From positions 1 to 24,192 of the IMG/VR virus record IMGVR_UViG_3300020404_000127: 24,192 nt of DNA. One strand, written 5' to 3'. The position numbers and the translations under genes are program-made. Source of the DNA: a virus (lineage: Duplodnaviria; Caudoviricetes). Position 1 is the stretch's first letter. Each line of letters opens with the position of its first letter. Under the pieces are notes generated by a model. The model made no database searches. It was not told where the DNA came from and saw only the letters and a program-made list of their open reading frames with translations. Positions 18,072 through 24,192 of the stretch are shown here, piece by piece.

Positions 18072-18312
18072 ATTTTTTAATCCAACTAGTAGACATCTTG
18101 ATCTCTTACCTGTGATCCATCATGCCATATGGCAAAGGTATGACTTGGGAGATCAAAGTGGTGACCAAGTTACGTATCCACAATTGGATCAAACTGAGTT
18201 GGAAAGACTAGCAAACAAACATAAAAATATATTGGTAGAAAAGCCTGGCGATGAGCATTTGTATATGGAAGCAGTGATTGTGGATTATGGCAAGTTTCTC
18301 CCTACCTCTTAA
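18064..18312 (+). CDS. Hypothetical protein (82 aa; likely start ATG 18064)
   Basis: Fills the gap exactly between the flanking genes with short overlaps. AAGGGG lies upstream of ATG 18064. Confidence 0.6.
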   Translation: MDRFFNPTSRHLDLLPVIHHAIWQRYDLGDQSGDQVTYPQLDQTELERLANKHKNILVEKPGDEHLYMEAVIVDYGKFLPTS

Positions 18313-19969
18313 TACTAAACTACCAGAGGATTTTGTAGTAAACCAGTTCATTCCTTTTCTAAAAGAACATAAGGAATATATCTACGATATCTACTTTACT
18401 TGTCGTATGCCACCCTTCACACAAGATGCGATGGGTGATGTAATTGATGGTGACGATAGAGAAACAACTTTAAATGCTTTGTTTGTATCACAGGAAAGTG
18501 GTATACCTCTTTCTGCAACATTTAATAATATCCAAGTTCCACCTACACAAGAGAACTTGGATATTTTTATTGAGAATTTTAGATTTTTATACAACAATGG
18601 TGTTCGTATAGTTACTCTACCACATACGACATGGATGTTGACTGGGCAGATACAAAAAGAATTTCCAGAATTAAAAGTAAAAAATACTATACTTAGAGAA
18701 GTTACTAGACCAAATGAAATTGTAAATCTTGCAAAGGCAGGATTCTATTATATCAATCTAGACAGAGATCTCATGCGTGATAGAGATTCTCTACTTAGAA
18801 TTAAAAAAGCAAAAGAGTATTGTGCTGACATAGGCAAACCTGTAAAGATATCATTACTATCCAATGAATGGTGTTGGGGTGGTTGTCCTATCATGCCAGA
18901 ACACTATCATTACAATATGGTGAGAGGAAAAGATGATCCACAATATTTTAATGATAGTATTAGTAGAGTATCTTGTTCTACATGGGATGAGAAAGATCCA
19001 GCTGCGTCATTAAAAGCAGCAACCATACCTCCATGGAGAGAAGATTGGGAAGAGTTTATTGACCTTGGTATAGATGTATTCAAGATGCATGGGAGAGAAA
19101 ATGGTATGCGTCTTATGGAAAGTATGAATATTATTAGTAGGTGGAAAAACAATGAAGAAATTTTGCATCCACAATTTAATGATTACATCGAAGACGTATC
19201 TCTAGAAGAAAGACCTATTGATATATGGCGTCAAAAAATTAAGAATTGTAAGTTTGATTGTTGGGATTGTAATTACTGTGATTCTGTCGTTCAATCTAGA
19301 ATGAAAAAGAACGACAGACATTTTGACGATGATATTAAATTAGTATTAGAATCTATTGATAAAGCAGCAAGAAAAGAAAGTAATTTTGTAGAGGAAGGAT
19401 ATAAGTATGAAGGTTTGTCATCTAACATAGTAAGACATTTTTTAAATAATCTATTGTCTAAACCTGATGCAATCTATATGGAGTTAGGAGTTCATGCTGG
19501 TAGTACATTCTATGCTGCTACTATGAATAGAGATGTAGAATCATTTGCCATAGATAATTATTCTGAAAAAGAGATATCACCTTTTAGAGATGAAGTAGAA
19601 ATGGAAGGGTATCAAGATCCTAAGAAAACATTCTGGGCAGGATTACAGGAGAAGCAATATTTTTGTGCTAAGTCAATACAGGATCTAACTCCTAGAGATA
19701 TACACAAACAACCTAATATAATTTTTTACGATGCAGATCATGACCCACAAGCTCAATATGATAATCTTACATTTTTAATTCCTGCATTTGCAGATAAATT
19801 TATTCTTGTTGTTGATGATGCTAACTTCATGGGAGTTGTACAATCATCTGAGTTTTGGGTAAAAGAACACAAACTTAATTTATTGTTCGAGAGAAAAATA
19901 TTAACTAAAGTTCCAGAAGATCCCAATGGTTGGTGGAATGGTATACATGTTATGGTTATACAAAAATGA
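18287..19969 (+). CDS. U32-family (peptidase U32-like) Fe-S protein fused to a class I SAM-dependent methyltransferase (about 560 aa; likely start ATG 18287)
   Basis: U32-like motifs: INLDRDLMRDRDSL, LLSNEWCWGGCP..H..C and GIDVFKMHGRE. A CKFDCWDCNYC linker follows. The C-terminal domain has YMELGVHAGST (motif I), FAIDNY, IFYDADH and VVDDAN, as in Methyltransf_24-like enzymes. Confidence 0.75.
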   Translation: MASFSLPLNTKLPEDFVVNQFIPFLKEHKEYIYDIYFTCRMPPFTQDAMGDVIDGDDRETTLNALFVSQESGIPLSATFNNIQVPPTQENLDIFIENFRFLYNNGVRIVTLPHTTWMLTGQIQKEFPELKVKNTILREVTRPNEIVNLAKAGFYYINLDRDLMRDRDSLLRIKKAKEYCADIGKPVKISLLSNEWCWGGCPIMPEHYHYNMVRGKDDPQYFNDSISRVSCSTWDEKDPAASLKAATIPPWREDWEEFIDLGIDVFKMHGRENGMRLMESMNIISRWKNNEEILHPQFNDYIEDVSLEERPIDIWRQKIKNCKFDCWDCNYCDSVVQSRMKKNDRHFDDDIKLVLESIDKAARKESNFVEEGYKYEGLSSNIVRHFLNNLLSKPDAIYMELGVHAGSTFYAATMNRDVESFAIDNYSEKEISPFRDEVEMEGYQDPKKTFWAGLQEKQYFCAKSIQDLTPRDIHKQPNIIFYDADHDPQAQYDNLTFLIPAFADKFILVVDDANFMGVVQSSEFWVKEHKLNLLFERKILTKVPEDPNGWWNGIHVMVIQK

Positions 19970-20532
19970 ATTCATTTAGACATCAATATATGATAGTTCA
20001 TCTTGATGATGATTTCTATCCACAATTAGAAAAAGCAATAGCACCTTATACTGACTACGAACCTTGTAAGACAGATCAATGGGATGGTTTAAAATATAAA
20101 GGAGAGAAACATAAGGATAGAAGTTCACAGGCATGTTGGATAGATGATAATGAGGTCTATGCGTTGATGGATGGTCTTGTATATTTTGCTAATAAAAAAT
20201 GTGAATGGAATCTAGATGTTAATTTTATAGAACCTTTACAACGAACAAAGTATGAGGTAGGTGATTTTTATGATTGGCACATTGATGAGGTGAACTGGAC
20301 AAAAGGTAAGAGACCTAATGATATGATACGTAAGTTAAGTTTTACAGTTCTATTGAATGATGATTTTGAAGGTGGTGAATTTGAAATACACACAACTCAG
20401 AAAACTGTGCTAGAATTAAAGAAGAAAGATGTGGTAGTATTCCATGCTGATACTCCACACAGAGTTAAACCAGTAACAAAAGGTATTAGACATTCTCTTG
20501 TAGGATGGATACAAGGACCCCCATACAAATGA
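19966..20532 (+). CDS. 2OG-Fe(II) oxygenase, prolyl-hydroxylase/PKHD-like (188 aa; start revised to ATG 19966)
   Basis: YEVGDFYDWHID, RKLSFTVLLNDDFEGGEF and PHRVKPVTKGIRHSLVGW give the HxD..H..RxS pattern. ATGA overlap with the upstream gene. Confidence 0.9.
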   Translation: MNSFRHQYMIVHLDDDFYPQLEKAIAPYTDYEPCKTDQWDGLKYKGEKHKDRSSQACWIDDNEVYALMDGLVYFANKKCEWNLDVNFIEPLQRTKYEVGDFYDWHIDEVNWTKGKRPNDMIRKLSFTVLLNDDFEGGEFEIHTTQKTVLELKKKDVVVFHADTPHRVKPVTKGIRHSLVGWIQGPPYK

Positions 20533-20882
20533 AACATATATTATTTGATTTACGTGGATGTCTCTTTAAAAATCTTTTAGATGAAGAAGAGTTCATACAT
20601 GACAGTTTGGTAAATGCAGCAATAGTTGCTAAGTCACCCTATCTAAAAGTAGAAACACATAAGTTTGAACCTCAAGGTGTAACTGGTTTTGCTATGTTGA
20701 AGGACAGTCACATCAGCATACACACATGGCCTGAGCATAATCTTGCTAAGTGTGATATATTTACATGCAGTTATAAAACTAAACCGTTGGATGCAGTAGA
20801 ATATATGAAAGAACGCTTCCATGCAACAGAAGTTGTAAGGTGGGCATGTGATAGATCAAGTGGTATTGACATGGTGTTATGA
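20529..20882 (+). CDS. speD: S-adenosylmethionine decarboxylase-like pyruvoyl proenzyme (117 aa; start revised to ATG 20529)
   Basis: HKFEPQGVTG..L.DSHISIHTWPE...CDIFTC matches the class 1b AdoMetDC signature. ATGA overlap with the upstream gene. Confidence 0.88.
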   Translation: MKHILFDLRGCLFKNLLDEEEFIHDSLVNAAIVAKSPYLKVETHKFEPQGVTGFAMLKDSHISIHTWPEHNLAKCDIFTCSYKTKPLDAVEYMKERFHATEVVRWACDRSSGIDMVL

Positions 20883-21442
20883 AATTTATAAAAGAATATA
20901 CACTAAGTGATTTGTCAATATGTGATCGTCTTATAGATCTATACAAAGACGCCGACAAAATAGATTTAACTTATGCTGGTCGTGTAGGTGGTGGTAGTGT
21001 CATGCCTGAGATAAAGAAGAGTAGAGATTTTTTTATTGAAGATGCTGGTAGACTAGGAGAACCTAGTGATTATAAATTTGATTTATACAAAGAAGAATTA
21101 GATGGATTTATTGCTACTTACTTAGAATACTTGACTATACATGGTCAAGAATTTGTAATGCAAAGATTACCACAGATTCAGTATTATAAACCTGGCGATG
21201 GTTTCTATACTTGGCACGTAGATGCATCAGGGTCTGATGGATGTGATAGAGCATTTGTATACATCACATATCTGAATGACGTTCCTAATGCAGGAACTGA
21301 ATTCTTCTATCAAGAATATACTGTCGAGGCAAAAAAAGGAAAGACAGTAATTTTTCCTGCAGGACTGACACACAAACACAGAGGTCAGATATCAGAAGAA
21401 CATGAAAAATATATTATAACTGGATGGCTTTGGTGGGTATGA
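20879..21442 (+). CDS. 2OG-Fe(II) oxygenase (187 aa)
   Basis: QIQYYKPGDGFYTWHVD, YITYLNDV..GTEF and KKGKTVIFPAGLTHKHRG..KYIITGW. Confidence 0.9.
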   Translation: MKFIKEYTLSDLSICDRLIDLYKDADKIDLTYAGRVGGGSVMPEIKKSRDFFIEDAGRLGEPSDYKFDLYKEELDGFIATYLEYLTIHGQEFVMQRLPQIQYYKPGDGFYTWHVDASGSDGCDRAFVYITYLNDVPNAGTEFFYQEYTVEAKKGKTVIFPAGLTHKHRGQISEEHEKYIITGWLWWV

Positions 21443-21972
21443 AAATTATAAAGAACTTTTTACCTAAACAATTACTTGACGCATGTGTAGACGACTTTAG
21501 ATCTAAGTTGACAACGGACTGTTGGTCTTCTAGTAATTTTGCATGGAAACCATTTTTAAGACAAGGTATACATGGATCAAATATTGCTACTGCTATTCCT
21601 CAAGTATTCAGTGATGAGATATCAAAACATTTAGAACCACATGCACCTGAGTTTAAAAAGATAACATGCAGATATAATGTGTGGCAACCAGGTGCTGGTA
21701 TTGGTGTACATTCTGACACTCATCATTTGTTTGGTGCAACATTATATTTGAATGAGCATTGGCATCCAAATGCTGGTGGTTGGTTTGTATGGATGGATCA
21801 TGCTGATCTAAACTTAGATGAAGATCCAAACAAAACTGATGTTTACAGAGCAGTTTTACCAGAACAAAATATGCTAGTATTGAATGACTGTAGTGAGAGT
21901 CATTTAGTAACCACTGTTGCACATGATACACCTGAGTATAGATACACAATTCAGATATGGGGTGATGCATGA
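21439..21972 (+). CDS. 2OG-Fe(II) oxygenase (177 aa; start revised to ATG 21439)
   Basis: WQPGAGIGVHSD, GATLYLNEHW..NAGGWF and SHLVTTV..YRYTIQIW. ATGA overlap with the upstream gene. Confidence 0.85.
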   Translation: MKIIKNFLPKQLLDACVDDFRSKLTTDCWSSSNFAWKPFLRQGIHGSNIATAIPQVFSDEISKHLEPHAPEFKKITCRYNVWQPGAGIGVHSDTHHLFGATLYLNEHWHPNAGGWFVWMDHADLNLDEDPNKTDVYRAVLPEQNMLVLNDCSESHLVTTVAHDTPEYRYTIQIWGDA

Positions 21973-22550
21973 ATAAACCTCATGTCATTCATAATGTATT
22001 GTCTCCAGAAGAGAGAGTATCATTATGGGATTATTTTGATCGTAGATCACCTTCTATGAGCACACTTGCTACATGGACATTTAATAATGCATCTTATGGA
22101 CAAGGTGATCCTGTATCATGGCAACATCCATTAAGAACTGATTTAATCTTTACTAAGTGTGCTACTACAGTTAGATTGAAGATAATGAAATTTCTTAGGA
22201 GAGATATCAAACTATGTAAGATACATGCCAATGGACAAACTGCAGGGCAGAATACAATGTTTCATAAGGATTGGGAAGAGCATGGTGTCTGGACATTTAT
22301 ATACTTCAATCAACCATACTGGGATCAAGAATGGGGAGGAGAGTTTGTATGTCAAACACCAGATGACGAGTATCATCACACACCATACTTGCCTAACACA
22401 GGTGCATTGATTCCCTCTAATTGGTTACACAAAGGACAAGCACCTAACACATTGATAGGTAATGAGATTAGAACTACAATCGCTTTCTCATTTTGTGATC
22501 CTGATATTCATGATAATATAATTGCACAGAATACAAGAAAATGGTACTAG
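21969..22550 (+). CDS. 2OG-Fe(II) oxygenase (193 aa)
   Basis: NGQTAGQNTMFHKD, TFIYF..WDQEWGGEF and PNTGALIPSNWLHKG..RTTIAF. Confidence 0.85.
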   Translation: MNKPHVIHNVLSPEERVSLWDYFDRRSPSMSTLATWTFNNASYGQGDPVSWQHPLRTDLIFTKCATTVRLKIMKFLRRDIKLCKIHANGQTAGQNTMFHKDWEEHGVWTFIYFNQPYWDQEWGGEFVCQTPDDEYHHTPYLPNTGALIPSNWLHKGQAPNTLIGNEIRTTIAFSFCDPDIHDNIIAQNTRKWY

Positions 22551-23056
22551 GAATTAAACAATATCCAGTAGATATTGATGGTGATGAACTTATAAATTTT
22601 ATTGATACTGCTATCACAGATAAAAGTCTCACTCAAAATATGGCACACGTATCTAAACTTACCTTTAATGATGGTAAGGATGATTTCTTGGAATACGATG
22701 AACCCATAATCAAAAAATTAAAATGGTCATTCCACGATGCTTGTTCTAGATTTTGGGGTATGGATATATTTGATTACAAAATAAACTCATGGGTGTATGT
22801 GGATTGGAACGACAATCCAGTAGAACCATACATGCATTCTCATAATCCAGAAAATCCTTTTACATTATCTGGTATAATGTATTTAAAATTAGGTGAGTCT
22901 GGAACTACTATGTTTCCTATACCAAAAAGAGATCCATATTACCTACCTAAAAATTTGTTAACTTGGTTTATCTTTCCATCTAACCTACCACACATACCTG
23001 GCAAAGGTATTGAAAATGAAAAACGATATAGTTTAAGTGCAGATTTATACGCATGA
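22541..23056 (+). CDS. Putative 2OG-Fe(II) oxygenase, HxH type (171 aa)
   Basis: SWVY..MHSH, LSGIMYL..GTTMF and FIFPSNLPH..KRYSLS. This is the 2OG-FeII_Oxy_5-like pattern. Confidence 0.8.
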   Translation: MVLGIKQYPVDIDGDELINFIDTAITDKSLTQNMAHVSKLTFNDGKDDFLEYDEPIIKKLKWSFHDACSRFWGMDIFDYKINSWVYVDWNDNPVEPYMHSHNPENPFTLSGIMYLKLGESGTTMFPIPKRDPYYLPKNLLTWFIFPSNLPHIPGKGIENEKRYSLSADLYA

Positions 23057-23649
23057 TGTACAGTCAAAATAGTTTCTCTTTTTTATCAGAGAAAATGCCA
23101 GAAAATTTATATCAAGAGTTACTTTCTTACACACAGAGAAGAAGGAAGGAAGAGACTTGGAATTATAATAATAAACTTGCTGGTGCATTAGAGCAACAGT
23201 CTAGTTTATCTGATTGGAGTCCACAGTTTGAGGAGTATGTTGTTAAATTATCTACACAGTTGTGGTCAGAGGTGTATCAAACATGCCCGTGGGATTTTCA
23301 AGAATCAAGAGACGTAACTCCTTTTATAAGATTGAGAAACTTGTGGGTAAATTATCAACAACAGTACGAGTATAATCCTATACATACACACACTGGTATT
23401 GTTAGTTTTGTAATTTTTACAGACATACCATATGGTTCTGAGGAAAGAGAATCTCATGATAGTAATGGTGCATTTCAATTAGAGGCAGATGTATTGCCCG
23501 TAGATAAAACTTGGAATGGTGTAATACTTATGTTTCCATCTACAACTAAACATGCTGTATATCCTTTTAGATCTACACAAAAGGAAAGGGTAACAGTGTC
23601 TGGTAATTTAATTTGGAACGTGGAAGGTGTAGATGAAGAACATTATTAA
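23053..23649 (+). CDS. Putative 2OG-Fe(II) oxygenase, HxH type (198 aa)
   Basis: LWVNYQQQYEYNPIHTHTGIVSFVIF and LMFPSTTKHAVYPF..ERVTVSGNL. Confidence 0.85.
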   Translation: MMYSQNSFSFLSEKMPENLYQELLSYTQRRRKEETWNYNNKLAGALEQQSSLSDWSPQFEEYVVKLSTQLWSEVYQTCPWDFQESRDVTPFIRLRNLWVNYQQQYEYNPIHTHTGIVSFVIFTDIPYGSEERESHDSNGAFQLEADVLPVDKTWNGVILMFPSTTKHAVYPFRSTQKERVTVSGNLIWNVEGVDEEHY

Positions 23650-24175
23650 AGACAACTGCATCAATCCTAACTATCAAGATCTCATACTAGAGACTATGAG
23701 ATATGATACAGATTTTAGGTGGGTATATCATGATAACTTGAGTGAGGATGGAGAGAGTCAACTAGTGGGATTCTCTCATATGTTCTTACTAGATGGCAAA
23801 TCCACTAGTAAGTATTCTGGTTTGTTCTTACCATTGATATTTGAAGCGTGTCACAATACTGGTATGACTATTTCTAAAGTCATACGTGGTAGATGTTTTT
23901 TACAGACACCTACTGTGAGAAGAAAAGAATATGATTCCATGCATGTTGACTTACCAAATCCACATATGGTATGTTTATATTACGCATCAGATAGTGATGG
24001 TGACACGTATTTTAGCGAAAGAATGTACGGAGAACCCATTGCTGAATACCCTATAAATAGTAGAGTATCACCCGTAAAAGGGCGATGCGTTTTCTTTGAT
24101 GGGTTACGTTTTCACTCAAGTAGCGTACCCACAACAAAACCTAGATTTGTAATCAACTTTAATTTTATACCCTGA
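23633..24175 (+). CDS. 2OG-Fe(II) oxygenase (180 aa)
   Basis: MHVD..HMVCLYY..DSDGDTYF and VSPVKGRCVFFDGLRFHSSS.P..RFVINFN. Confidence 0.85.
   Translation: MKNIIKDNCINPNYQDLILETMRYDTDFRWVYHDNLSEDGESQLVGFSHMFLLDGKSTSKYSGLFLPLIFEACHNTGMTISKVIRGRCFLQTPTVRRKEYDSMHVDLPNPHMVCLYYASDSDGDTYFSERMYGEPIAEYPINSRVSPVKGRCVFFDGLRFHSSSVPTTKPRFVINFNFIP
24052..24059 (+). promoter_or_regulatory. Possible T4-type late promoter TATAAATA for the downstream gene
   Basis: Perfect consensus inside the last oxygenase gene, about 120 nt before an ATG at 24181. It could be a chance match in AT-rich DNA. Confidence 0.4.
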
Positions 24176-24180
24176 TAACT

Positions 24181-24192
24181 ATGGATGCTACA
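24181..24192 (+). CDS. Probable start of the next gene (MDAT...), truncated
   Basis: ATG 5 nt after the TGA at 24175. Only four codons are visible. Confidence 0.35.

Noticed and set aside
18287-19300. Radical SAM assignment based on the C-x3-C-x2-C within CKFDCWDCNYC
   Set aside because: The motif lies after the barrel rather than near the N-terminus and has a fourth Cys. The surrounding motifs (NExC..CP, FKxxGR) fit the U32 family better.
21653-21970. 105-aa minus-strand ORF, and similar ones at 14372, 15381, 16188, 17123, 18391 and 18910
   Set aside because: They are antisense to well-supported genes in a gapless + strand run and show no recognisable features.
92-22410. Short alternative-frame + strand ORFs (e.g. 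92-295, 5528-5740, 7859-8086, 14573-14755, 15976-16248, 22225-22410)
   Set aside because: They are L/V/Q/M-rich off-frame readings fully inside well-supported genes, with no independent evidence.

Overview
AT-rich, gene-dense window with every real gene on the + strand. It reads as part of a T4-like marine cyanomyovirus genome (Kyanoviridae-like). This is inferred from the protein families, gene order and T4 late-promoter motifs, and no database search was run. Positions 1-14007 carry virion structural genes: the 3' part of a large structural protein (open from base 1), a 166-aa protein and a 3451-aa multidomain fibre-like protein. The 3451-aa protein appears nested. A split beta-helix encloses two helical repeats resembling phycobiliprotein (globin-like) subunits with conserved Cys, and these in turn enclose Russian-doll beta repeats. 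Positions 14020-17251 hold two apparent 'fibre tip + chaperone-like' cassettes. From a late-promoter motif at 15124, one gapless, translationally coupled run extends to 24175. It comprises a propeller-type fibre, three uncharacterised proteins, a U32-family Fe-S enzyme fused to a SAM methyltransferase, a SpeD-like pyruvoyl decarboxylase and seven 2OG-Fe(II) oxygenases. The best candidate for an undescribed system is this late-expressed hydroxylation/methylation cluster coupled to fibre genes, possibly a virion-protein tailoring pathway. No tRNA, rRNA, CRISPR array or mobile element was seen.
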